Positions 10,565 to 19,627 of a DNA stretch of 64,000 bases are shown here, one piece after another. Each line of letters opens with the position of its first letter. Position 1 is the first letter of the stretch. The notes beneath the pieces are model-generated. The model was not told where the DNA came from and made no database searches. It saw only the letters and a program-made list of their open reading frames with translations. This DNA comes from a virus. Lineage: Duplodnaviria; Heunggongvirae; Uroviricota; Caudoviricetes. Both the position numbers and the translations under genes were made by a program. The DNA is taken from IMG/VR virus record IMGVR_UViG_2734482597_000010; one strand, given 5' to 3'.

Positions 10565-11326
10565 ATGGAGACTGTTTTTGACGCACTGAAAGCAATGGGA
10601 AAAGCCACATCCATAGAACTTGCTGCGCGACTTGATATCAGTCGTGAAGAAGTGCTGAACGAACTATGGGAACTGAAAAAAGCTGGTTTCGTTGATAAAA
10701 GCGCGTACACCTGGCGTGTGGCTGATAACAACGTTCAGCAGGAACAGCCAATGCAGGCAGAACTGCCGGAAGAAACCACCACGGCAACTGTAGTGAAAAT
10801 CTCAGAGTGCGATTTAACCGCGACGATTGAACAACGCGGACCACAAACGGCGGATGAACTGGCTACGCTGTTCGGTACAACATCCCGCAAAGTTGCTTCA
10901 ACGCTGGCAATGGCAATCAGCAAAGGACGCCTGATTCGCGTAAACCAGAACAGTAAATTTCGTTACTGCATGCCGGGCGATAATTTACCAGCAGAGCCGA
11001 AAGCTGCATCGGTAGCGGAAACTGATGGTAAAGCCTTTCCTCAGCCAGCCGGTGTTGCGTTACCAGTACAGGAAGCGGCAACACAGGAAGATATTAAAAC
11101 AGAAACTGTGGCGGACATTGTGCAGTCGCTGCCATCGTTTACTGAAACGCAAGCGGATGACCTAGTTTTACCATCGCTGCATATGGCAAACCGCGAACTG
11201 CGTCGGGCGAAAAATCATGTCCAGAAGTGGGAGCGAGTCTGCGCCGCGCTGCGGGAGCTGAACAAGCACCGGGATATTGTCCGACAGATTGTCGATTCCT
11301 CCAGTCGTATTGTGTCGGAAAAGTGA
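10565..11326 (+). CDS. YdaW-like protein (DUF977-like), N-terminal winged-helix
   Basis: ATG at 10565 ([13 protein letters not shown]) with upstream GGGAGG; 253 aa within the 270-aa ORF. Confidence 0.5.
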   Translation: METVFDALKAMGKATSIELAARLDISREEVLNELWELKKAGFVDKSAYTWRVADNNVQQEQPMQAELPEETTTATVVKISECDLTATIEQRGPQTADELATLFGTTSRKVASTLAMAISKGRLIRVNQNSKFRYCMPGDNLPAEPKAASVAETDGKAFPQPAGVALPVQEAATQEDIKTETVADIVQSLPSFTETQADDLVLPSLHMANRELRRAKNHVQKWERVCAALRELNKHRDIVRQIVDSSSRIVSEK

Positions 11327-11341
11327 TTGCCGGAGGCGCTT

Positions 11342-11758
11342 ATGGCAAAAGTTTTTACACAGGAAGAGCGTGAAAAAATTAAGGAGCAGGTTGTTGAGTT
11401 GGTACGCCAGAGTGGGCGCGAGACGTTAAGGCAACTGGAGGCCAAGACAGGTGCGACAAGATATCTGATGAGCATTCTTGCCAGAGAGTTGGTTGCCAGT
11501 GGCGATGTATACAACTCTGGCTATGGGTTATTCCCGTCTGAACAGGCTCGTAAGGATTGGAAAAACGCCCGCAAAAAACTATCCAGGGCAAAGGTGAAAA
11601 AAACGGTTGTGGTTGATCCTGACCTTATCTGGTCATTACCAGACGGAGAAATACGCCGCTATGACAGGCGTCAGAACATAATCTGTCGCGAGTGCCGGAA
11701 GAGTGAAGTTATGAAACGTGTACTGGCATTTTATCAAGGAAATCTTCGGTATTTATAG
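11342..11758 (+). CDS. hypothetical protein with N-terminal HTH-like segment and CxxC pair
   Basis: ATG at 11342 (MAKVFTQEERE) preceded by GGAGG; 138 aa within the 143-aa ORF. Confidence 0.4.
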   Translation: MAKVFTQEEREKIKEQVVELVRQSGRETLRQLEAKTGATRYLMSILARELVASGDVYNSGYGLFPSEQARKDWKNARKKLSRAKVKKTVVVDPDLIWSLPDGEIRRYDRRQNIICRECRKSEVMKRVLAFYQGNLRYL

Positions 11759-11833
11759 ACGTTACTAGATCAAAGAGCATTAGTTCATATGTAAATTGAC
11801 ATTTTTCTGGCACAGGGGAGAGCTAGCGTGGTT

Positions 11834-11857
11834 GTCCGCTTTGTGCCAATAGCGGAC
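11834..11857. promoter_or_regulatory. 7-bp inverted repeat GTCCGCT-N10-AGCGGAC upstream of the AT-rich cassette
   Basis: perfect inverted repeat seen in sequence, followed by TGgTATGTT extended -10-like element and SD AAGGAGG. Confidence 0.35.
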
Positions 11858-11896
11858 ATTGCTGGCTCATGGTATGTTAGTTTAAGGAGGCAGGTT

Positions 11897-12919
11897 ATGC
11901 CCTGTATTTCGCTGTGGTATAATAGTTGCGCAATTGATACAAGGGAGCGTTACATCGTGAAAATTGTTTTCGAGGTTAATGGAAAGAAAGTTCCACTAAA
12001 ATCTTTAAAATACATAAGCAAAAAAGATCAACTCGAAGTAATGAAAAACTGGTTCTTTGAAAACTTTGAAGATCCGGCAAATGCTTGTCCGTATGAAAGT
12101 AGAGAAGGTGGCTATGCTTACATATATGGCGGGCCGTATGATGCGAGCGAAGAACTACAATCCATCTTCGGTCAATATGTTAAATCTGAGTATATTGAGG
12201 AATTAGTAGATGAATTACAAACACAATGTTTTGACTGGTCTGGAAACTCAAATAATATAGATGATTGGTACGATGATGATATCTACGACGCTGTAACGTC
12301 TTCCGGTAATCCGTATTTAAAATTCATTGATAATATCGATAAAATAAAAAAACTTGCAAAAGATAAAACTGAACAACAGCAAAAAAACCACTTGCTTAGT
12401 TTGCTCTACACGAATGTTATTACAGCTTTGGAAACGCTTTATGTTGAGCTATTCATTAATTCTATAGAGAAAGATGATGTCTACATAGCCAATTGTATAG
12501 AAAAAGGTAAGACTGAATTTAAAGTAAGCAAAGATATTGCTGCGTTGCCTTTCAAGGGTGAACCCATCGAGAAAATTAGGGGAGAGCTAATCAGGTCAAT
12601 CAAGGAACACTTGATCAGTGCAAGCTGGCATAGCACTAAAAAGGTAATCGACCGCTATGAAGCTACATTCGATATAAAAGTACAAAAAGACTGTCCGATA
12701 GAAGCTATTGAATTGGCAACCCTCAATCGAAATCACTTAGTGCATCGTGGTGGAAAGGATAAAGAAGGGAACCTCGTAGTGATTACAGACCAGGATCTTG
12801 AAACGCTGATTGAAAATGCATCGAACCTGGCAATTATGCTCTACAACAGTTTAAATGTAGCAACGAATAAAACCACCATTTTGCAACCAGATGACAAACC
12901 GTTCATTCATGAATTTTAA
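11897..12919 (+). CDS. hypothetical protein, 340 aa, C-terminal R-x4-H (HEPN-like) motif; candidate defence protein
   Basis: ATG at 11897 six nt after AAGGAGG (within the 363-aa ORF); AT-rich coding; RNHLVH motif near C-terminus. Confidence 0.55.
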   Translation: MPCISLWYNSCAIDTRERYIVKIVFEVNGKKVPLKSLKYISKKDQLEVMKNWFFENFEDPANACPYESREGGYAYIYGGPYDASEELQSIFGQYVKSEYIEELVDELQTQCFDWSGNSNNIDDWYDDDIYDAVTSSGNPYLKFIDNIDKIKKLAKDKTEQQQKNHLLSLLYTNVITALETLYVELFINSIEKDDVYIANCIEKGKTEFKVSKDIAALPFKGEPIEKIRGELIRSIKEHLISASWHSTKKVIDRYEATFDIKVQKDCPIEAIELATLNRNHLVHRGGKDKEGNLVVITDQDLETLIENASNLAIMLYNSLNVATNKTTILQPDDKPFIHEF

Positions 12920-12934
12920 TAGCGCAGGTCATAC

Positions 12935-13936
12935 ATGGATATTCGCACACGAAAGACAAAATTTTTAGAGTCGTTAGATTCAACTGAAGTGATACGCAAA
13001 GCAGTAAGTCTCGCTATAGATTGCATTATTGATAATCATAATAGTAATGAAGATACCCCCTTAGTTATTACCAGCTATGATGATCTCTGTAGAATCCAGG
13101 TGCTAAATTATGTACAGGAGTTTTGCGAAGCTGCATTCCCTGATATGGATGAATATTACTTTAGTCCTAACATACTTCGCATCAACGGCAAGACTAGTGA
13201 AGAAGCTTGTATTAACTTAATTAAACTCTTAAGAAGTACAAAAGGCATGCTATTCTGGTCCGATGCCCCATCGTGGTTCGCTAGCCTCCCCGACGGATTA
13301 TTCCATGTTGTTAACATTGATCAAAAAATCGTTACTCGCGGCCTTAATAAGAAAAACTCTAAGCCGACAATAATCAATAAAGATTACAGTGTAGATACAC
13401 TACTATCAGAGCTATTTTTGAATGGCGCACACATGGAGCAACCCAACGTACACAACGTTTCTGAGGGAAACATGAAGTTCTATGATGAATGCCATGCTGG
13501 ATTAATCAGACCAATACCCGCTCCAATAGGCGCGTCATACGATGAAGAGATCACAATTAATTCTCCAGATTGGCAAAAGCTCGCGTGTGTAGCTTTACGC
13601 CGCTATCAGTCGAAGGAATGTCATGACGGAATGCAATGGGATACAACCGATCATGGTTGGACTGATGTAATCGCGTATCCATTCGTCGAAGAAATACAAT
13701 CAATGGATAATAGTGGTTATCGACAATGTTTAGTTGGGCTGGTCACAATAAACAATTCAAATGCAAATTCTCCGTACCTATCTACCGTTTGGATACATCC
13801 ATTTTATCGCAGGAGAGGGTTATTAAGTAAGTTATGGCCAAAATTACAAGAGTTATATGGAAGTAACTTCGAAATTGAGCGACCTAATGAAAATATGAAA
13901 GCATTTCTGAAAAGTGCGAAACACGCAGATTACTAA
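12935..13936 (+). CDS. hypothetical protein, 333 aa, C-terminal GNAT-like segment; candidate partner of upstream gene
   Basis: 333-aa ORF 15 nt downstream of previous stop; AT-rich; C-terminal WIHPFYRRRGLLSKLW. Confidence 0.55.
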   Translation: MDIRTRKTKFLESLDSTEVIRKAVSLAIDCIIDNHNSNEDTPLVITSYDDLCRIQVLNYVQEFCEAAFPDMDEYYFSPNILRINGKTSEEACINLIKLLRSTKGMLFWSDAPSWFASLPDGLFHVVNIDQKIVTRGLNKKNSKPTIINKDYSVDTLLSELFLNGAHMEQPNVHNVSEGNMKFYDECHAGLIRPIPAPIGASYDEEITINSPDWQKLACVALRRYQSKECHDGMQWDTTDHGWTDVIAYPFVEEIQSMDNSGYRQCLVGLVTINNSNANSPYLSTVWIHPFYRRRGLLSKLWPKLQELYGSNFEIERPNENMKAFLKSAKHADY

Positions 13937-14113
13937 TTTATGAATCAGTCTGTGGAGTTAGGGTTGGTGTGAACAAGTAGGGTAAGAGCCTCAACGTGAT
14001 GCTATGCCGACCTGCTCCCTGAGAATTCACACAGAAGGCTGCTAGCAATGTCTGCAGATCGCTCAAAGCGGACTAAAATGTTGGCTTGTTTCTGACTTAG
14101 AGCATTTAAGGAA

Positions 14114-14338
14114 GTGCTGGTGGTGACTGGTTGTTGTGTTCCATTTCTACAGAATAAAATCACAGAAACTATACCCAATAGTTGTATTGAATCACTGACG
14201 AGACAGCCTCATATTTATCAGGACTGGTGTGCGTCTAATACAGGGGGTTGTCGTGCTGGTTCTCAAATGTGCGCTGGCTATTGCGGCTGTAATGGCAATT
14301 TATTGTCTTGCTGTTGTTCTTATGGAGCGGCTTTCTGA
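14114..14338 (+). CDS. possible Cys-rich small protein (74 aa, 11 Cys), GTG start
   Basis: ORF from track only; no convincing SD; could be spurious. Confidence 0.2.
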   Translation: MLVVTGCCVPFLQNKITETIPNSCIESLTRQPHIYQDWCASNTGGCRAGSQMCAGYCGCNGNLLSCCCSYGAAF

Positions 14339-14556
14339 TTGATTACATACTGGCTAGAAAAAAGGTGTTACCTTGGTTTATCTTTGTCCGGCAAGGTGCG
14401 CTCATTAATCTTAAGTAAATTTATTGCTCAAGTATTCAGATTACTTCTTATGGTTGAAGTCTCCTGTCAATGTAGAACCAATATATTTACAAAAATGAGA
14501 CCCGTCGGGGATAGCCCTGCCGGGTCTGACTGTTAAAGCATTTTTAATATGATCAT

Positions 14557-14895
14557 CTATTTTTTGGTGCTATAGACTTTTTCGCCCGAAAAGTCTGGAG
14601 CGACCCAAAAGTTAATATTAAACTGAGCATCATCGCTTAGTTCAACACGGTGCCAGTATTGTGGTGGGCTTGTTGCAAAAGCGCCAGCATTAATGACTAC
14701 TTTTATCTCCGGTTCAGTAGCATTCTCATCAGTAAAACCATAATATGTTACAGTGCCTTCCATTACGCACAACTGCCCAAAAACACCTGCTGCTGTATTA
14801 TGATGTGTTAATAACGCTGAAGGTACGTTCTCTTTTGTGAAGAACGGAGTTGAGCGTTTGATTACCCAATCTTTAGGAATTCTCTTGTGTGTCAT
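14557..14895 (-). CDS. YeaR-like DUF1971 protein
   Basis: 112 aa from MTHKRIPKDW within the 120-aa ORF; GGAGGAGG SD upstream on minus strand; resemblance to recalled E. coli YeaR (STPFF..., FNI.F.V.P). Confidence 0.6.
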   Translation of the reverse strand: MTHKRIPKDWVIKRSTPFFTKENVPSALLTHHNTAAGVFGQLCVMEGTVTYYGFTDENATEPEIKVVINAGAFATSPPQYWHRVELSDDAQFNINFWVAPDFSGEKVYSTKK

Positions 14896-15708
14896 AACCA
14901 CCTCCTCCAAAACATGCATTAAAAATGCATCTTTTGGAGGGTTATGTCAAGCTGTTATGAAACACATAATTGATATGTTGATTAGAGGAGAAGATAGAAT
15001 AAATATGGTTGTTTTTCGTATAACTATTTGTTTTACTTTTAGTTTATGCATTCTGTGTGTTAGGAATAAGTTATTAAAGTTTAATCAAAAAATCTCGATG
15101 TAGTCCACATAGATTACTGTTACTGAACCTTATTGTGTGTATTAGTTGTGTTCTGAAATTTCAGCTTAATTATTTATGATGTATTTTTTAACGATAAATA
15201 TTTTCCCAGGATACCTTTACTGTGTATATAAATAAATTATATACGCATAAATAATGTAAAGGCGTCCTTTTAGATATATCTTATCAAATGTTAATGACTT
15301 GAGTGGGAAATATGATTCCAGCAACTTATCATGTGGCTACTTTATAAAAATAATGCCCATATAAAACAACAAGCGAAAAGGATTACGGATAAAAAAGGAG
15401 CGAGATGTGCGAACTTGTTATTTTCCATGTTTAACCACCTTAAATAATTGATGATGACGGGATGATTGCATCTGTAATGCTTTTATTGAAATGTTATGAT
15501 AAAAAAGAACTTTTGCATAACATTAAAATGTAATTTATCTAATCGTTTTTAATAATAAGTGTCGTATTTCTATCCTTGTACCAGCTATTTGATATGTAGT
15601 GTTTGTTCATGCTATGTGGGGCTTTACACCATAGCCAGTTTATTTATACTTTATTCGTCAGCCTGAACAACTGGCATCTGCTGCGCTGCGCCATCGAGAG
15701 ATTGAGAA

Positions 15709-16308
15709 ATGGCGCATATACAACTGGTCAAACAAACCTCTTCTGGTTTACTTCTCCCGGCGACGCCGGAGAGTTGCGATTTTCTGCATCAAATCAAAAT
15801 AGGTGAGTGGATACACGCAGACTTTAAGCGTGTGCGTAACTACGCATTCCACAAGCGTTTTTTCAAACTCCTGCAACTGGGATTCGATTACTGGACTCCG
15901 GTCGGTGGGGCGATCACGCCTCGCGAACGAGAACTGCTGTCTGGTTTCGTTGATTACCTGTGCGAATCAGTTGGTCGGGAACACACGCCAGCCCTGAGTG
16001 ATGCCGCAGAGCAATACCTTAACACCGTTGCGACTCGTAGAACCCGGGATACGGCGTTGCTAAAGTCGTTTGAGGCTTTCCGCGAGTGGGTAACCATTCA
16101 GGCCGGATTTTACACCGAGCATATTTATCCGGACGGTAGCCGTGGGCGTCGGGCAAAATCCATCGCTTTTGCGAATATGGACGAAGTCGAGTTTCAGCAG
16201 GTTTATAAATCTGTACTGAATGTGCTGTGGAACTGGATTCTGTTCCGTAAATTCTCCTCTCAGGAGGAAGTTGAAAATGTGGCCGCACAACTACTGGAGT
16301 TTGCGTAA
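15709..16308 (+). CDS. nin-region phage protein (DUF1367-like)
   Basis: 199-aa ORF; family assignment from memory of similar prophage proteins. Confidence 0.5.
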   Translation: MAHIQLVKQTSSGLLLPATPESCDFLHQIKIGEWIHADFKRVRNYAFHKRFFKLLQLGFDYWTPVGGAITPRERELLSGFVDYLCESVGREHTPALSDAAEQYLNTVATRRTRDTALLKSFEAFREWVTIQAGFYTEHIYPDGSRGRRAKSIAFANMDEVEFQQVYKSVLNVLWNWILFRKFSSQEEVENVAAQLLEFA

Positions 16309-16598
16309 TGGTGAATTTACGTAAAGCGGCTAAAGGCCAGATGTGCCAGATCAGAATCCCTGGCTACTGCAATCACAATCCCGAAACCTCTGTGCTGGCG
16401 CATTACAGGCTGGCGGGGACGTGCGGAACAGCGACAAAACCACATGATATGCAGGCGGCGATAGCCTGTAGCTCATGCCACGATCTAATCGACGGGCGGG
16501 TAAAAACCAGCGATTACACCAAAGAAGAATTGCGCCTGATGCATGCTGAAGGGGTTTTTCGCACACAAGAAATCTGGAGAAAGAAAGGTCATTTATGA
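16308..16598 (+). CDS. nin-region Cys-containing protein (DUF1364-like)
   Basis: 96-aa ORF with start overlapping previous stop; several Cys/His residues. Confidence 0.5.
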   Translation: MVNLRKAAKGQMCQIRIPGYCNHNPETSVLAHYRLAGTCGTATKPHDMQAAIACSSCHDLIDGRVKTSDYTKEELRLMHAEGVFRTQEIWRKKGHL

Positions 16599-17137
16599 TT
16601 TACCCAACGAATACAGGAAAAAGCGGAGAACACCTTCGCCTCACCACGCTGGAAAGTGTCTGGATTCAGGGAAAACTACGTATGTGGGGGCGCTGGTCGT
16701 ATATTGGCGGTGGCAGGTCAGGGAATATGTTCAATCAGTTGTTGGCATCCAAAAAACTGACGAAAACAGCCATTAATGAAGCCCTGCGCAGAATGAAAAA
16801 AGCGGGAATAGAGAAAGCTGAGCTGGAAGCGTTTTTGCGAGAGATGATCAACGGCAAGCAAAAGAGCTGGCTGGCGCATTGTACTGATGCAGAGGCGTTA
16901 TGTATTGATCGAGTCATAAGTGAGGTGCTGGCAGAGCATCCAGGATTGATTTGCATTCTCCGGCAACGCTATGAAGGGCGGGGGATGACTAAGCGCAAAA
17001 TGGCTGAATTGCTAAATGATGCACACCCAGAGTGGTGTTTTAGCACATGCGAAAAACGGATTGCTAATTGGTTAGCTGTTGCTGAGTATGCCCTATATAT
17101 TCCCATGCGTGAATCATTTGCTGAGAAAATGGCTTGA
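16595..17137 (+). CDS. putative late-gene antiterminator (Q-like)
   Basis: 180-aa ORF at the position of Q, followed by intrinsic terminators and the lysis cassette. Confidence 0.4.
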   Translation: MIYPTNTGKSGEHLRLTTLESVWIQGKLRMWGRWSYIGGGRSGNMFNQLLASKKLTKTAINEALRRMKKAGIEKAELEAFLREMINGKQKSWLAHCTDAEALCIDRVISEVLAEHPGLICILRQRYEGRGMTKRKMAELLNDAHPEWCFSTCEKRIANWLAVAEYALYIPMRESFAEKMA

Positions 17138-17215
17138 TTTCTTACGTATAAACTGCTTCAATTTTGCTATGCTTCGCAAAGCTGTATCGCGAGGCGGATT
17201 GCAGACATGGACATC

Positions 17216-17245
17216 GTAAAAAAACCGCTTAATGCGGTTTTTTTA
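17216..17245 (+). terminator. rho-independent terminator downstream of Q-like gene
   Basis: A-run, stem AACCGC/GCGGTT with 5-nt loop, then T7 run. Confidence 0.55.
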
Positions 17246-17564
17246 CGTCAGGAAAGCAGGGGAGAATGCTGCTAGTTGGGCAACTGGTCTTTCTGCTCCA
17301 AATTATAACAGAGACCAGTTATAGTTTCGGTGCTGTGTTTTTTTTACAATATTGTGATAACACATTGCTGGCGGGAGTTTTGATATTTCTTGGCAGGGGC
17401 TGATGATGCGTTATCCTGATGTCGTCAACTCATATAAAATGAGATGAGAGATCATTGCAGGGTGGTTTGTAATTCGCTGTTTAGCGGGACAATATGTTGT
17501 CTGATACAAGACACCCGACGCCTCAGATTACTATAATAAAGACGAAGCATCCTTTGTATTGACC

Positions 17565-17590
17565 AACCGCCTGTTTAGGCGGTTCTTTTT
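17565..17590 (+). terminator. second intrinsic terminator-like hairpin
   Basis: stem AACCGCC/GGCGGTT, 6-nt loop, then CTTTTT. Confidence 0.45.
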
Positions 17591-18122
17591 GGGCTGGTTT
17601 ATTGTATGCCAAATGATTATTAAAAAGGTTGTGTTAATAACAAGATCCGAAATAATATGCCTGCATATTTTTATCTTGCTTATATTCTGCATATTGTGCA
17701 TAGCAGGCTCATCCCTGCAATCAAAACTGTATGATGAGTATTTTTTGTTTTCCTTTTTTCCAGTCATCTGATGATGACCTGCTTCTTTTTAATCCGGATC
17801 GACATCAGTTTTTTAAGATAATTCCTGCGAGTTATATGCATAAATGCCACAAACTCCGCATTTTATGTGGTTGGGAGTTGCCGGGCGCGCAGTGAGTTTG
17901 CTAAGAAAACTCCTGCATGGTGAATCCCCCTGTGCGGTGGGGTGATACCATTAACCTTTTCTGTCGCCGACAGGTATCACGAACATTTTGTTCACCGGGA
18001 GGCACCCGGCACCATGCACTTCAATAGATTCTCTCCACATTATGGATATTCTTTCAGAATATCCCACGCAGACTTTGTGTAAATGTTAACAAATGTGCGT
18101 TTTATTTGATCTGATTCGCTGT

Positions 18123-18152
18123 TTGAGCGTCCAAAACAACGGTATATATAAT
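18123..18152 (+). promoter_or_regulatory. sigma70-like promoter for lipoprotein gene
   Basis: TTGAGC (18123-18128), 18-bp spacer, TATAAT (18147-18152); SD GAGGAAAA before ATG 18182. Confidence 0.4.
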
Positions 18153-18181
18153 CCTTTACTATATGACATATGTGAGGAAAA

Positions 18182-18610
18182 ATGGGTTTTCGTAGCGCAT
18201 CAATTCTTACGTTGATTATTAGTGGGATTATTATCGGGTGCACTGATGCTGTATCGACAAATTATCATGACCGTACATCATATTACTCCGATAAAGCAAT
18301 AGAGACACAGTATGTGAGTTCATCTGAACGTACTTCTGATGTTAGTGAGGATATCCGTCTGTATGCCCATCAAATCAAGAGCGCCATCGAAAAACAGTTC
18401 GGGGATGCGAGTAAGTATTCAGGAAAAGAGTGTACACTGAGAATGCATATGGCCCCGAATGGCCTTCTACTGGAGGTTAAAAGAGAAAGTGGAGACCTCG
18501 ATTTATGTCGTGAAGCGATGAATGCGATAAAGAATGCTGATATACCTGCCCCCCCTTCGCCGGAAGTATATAAAGTATTTCAAAATGGGGTGCTGGATTT
18601 TAAACCCTGA
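18182..18610 (+). CDS. lipoprotein with TolA C-terminal (domain III)-like domain
   Basis: 142-aa ORF; signal peptide with lipobox IIGC; C-terminal 90 aa align with recalled E. coli TolA domain III (QIKSAIE..., GK.CTLR...P.G.LL..K...GD..LC..A..A...A.IP.PPS..VY.VF.N..LDFKP). Confidence 0.7.
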   Translation: MGFRSASILTLIISGIIIGCTDAVSTNYHDRTSYYSDKAIETQYVSSSERTSDVSEDIRLYAHQIKSAIEKQFGDASKYSGKECTLRMHMAPNGLLLEVKRESGDLDLCREAMNAIKNADIPAPPSPEVYKVFQNGVLDFKP

Positions 18611-18760
18611 TATTTATTGTTTTGTAATAAACGGTTTCGGCTTAGGTTTGTTCTGACACAGCTACGGCACTGAGCTAAATTTAGCGGATAGTCAGCTCTG
18701 AGCCAGTGGCGGACGTAACAACTACTATTGCTGAGATTTTAATGGATTGAGGAGCAAGAA

Positions 18761-19156
18761 GTGGGATTAAAGAAAATCGTTATGTTGACTTTTTGGGTCG
18801 GTTTTGTTGCGGGATGCACACCTTTACACCCTTCAGATTGCCACAAAACTACTGCTACAGGTAGTTGCAGTTCAGGACGCTGGGATGATCAGGATGAATG
18901 GGGGGCGCAAGCGCGGGGAATCAGAGCTGCAATTAATGCCAAACTTGATGAGCCGCATAACTGGAAAGGGAAAAAATGCAGGTTGCATATGGAATTCTCT
19001 CAGGATGGCACGGCGTTAAAAATATCTACCAGTAACGGTGATAAAGCCTATTGCGAAGCGATAAAGTCCGCAGCTCATAAAGCCAAATTTCCGGCCTTCA
19101 ACAATCCGGAAGTCTACAGAGATTTTCAGAAATCTGGCTTTGACATGCGAGGTTAG
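18761..19156 (+). CDS. second lipoprotein, diverged TolA-III-like paralogue
   Basis: 131-aa ORF; lipobox VAGC; same C-terminal pattern (GKKCRLHMEF...DG..L.IS...GD.AYCEA...A..A.FP....PEVY). Confidence 0.6.
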   Translation: MGLKKIVMLTFWVGFVAGCTPLHPSDCHKTTATGSCSSGRWDDQDEWGAQARGIRAAINAKLDEPHNWKGKKCRLHMEFSQDGTALKISTSNGDKAYCEAIKSAAHKAKFPAFNNPEVYRDFQKSGFDMRG

Positions 19157-19407
19157 CTCTTCAATTACTATATCTCATTCATAGCAAACTGACAGATTTG
19201 ATGATGTTCTATATACGAAACCTGTGATGTCAAGTCTGAGCTAATACAAATAAACATAATATCAGAGAAATACATTTTATTAGCTCGCTACGGCGAGCTT
19301 TTTATATTGCATCGTCTCCAGCATATATATCAATTAAGGCTCTGATTGATGTGTCTGAAAGCCTACACATAATAACTATGCCATCCGTTCCGTGCGGAGG
19401 TGAGGCT

Positions 19408-19627
19408 ATGAAATCCATGGACAAAATTTCAACAGGCATTGCCTACGGCACCTCCGCAGGCAGTGCTGGCTACTGGTTTTTACAGTTGCNNNNNNNNNNN
19501 NNNNNNNNNNNNNNNNNNNNCTGCAATCGGTGTGCTGGGTAGTCTGGTATTTGGCCTGCTGACGTACCTGACAAACCTTTATTTCAAGATTAAAGAAGAT
19601 AAGCGCAAGGCTGCGAGAGGTGAATAA
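19408..19627 (+). CDS. phage-21-type holin (pinholin-like), interrupted by N run
   Basis: [26 protein letters not shown] ... [34 protein letters not shown] across a 31-nt N run. Confidence 0.7.
19490..19520. other. run of 31 N inside holin gene
   Basis: literal n characters; length not a multiple of 3, so frame is broken in the ORF track. Confidence 1.

Noticed and set aside
11796-11824. TTGACA at 11796-11801 as a -35 box for the cassette promoter
   Set aside because: No acceptable -10 hexamer at 16-18 bp spacing (AGAGCT); the extended -10-like TGgTATGTT at 11870-11878 further downstream is the better candidate.
17531-17771. Overlapping small ORFs on both strands (78 aa minus, 70 aa hydrophobic plus) in the AT-rich region after the Q-like gene
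   Set aside because: AT-rich DNA yields such ORFs by chance; no SD, and they overlap each other and a terminator-like hairpin. Kept only as a region of interest for transcript mapping.
17140-18180. Possible tRNA genes between Q and the lysis genes (as in Stx phages)
   Set aside because: I could not recognise a cloverleaf with acceptor stem, T-loop (GTTCRANNC) and anticodon arm by eye; a covariance-model scan would be needed to exclude one.
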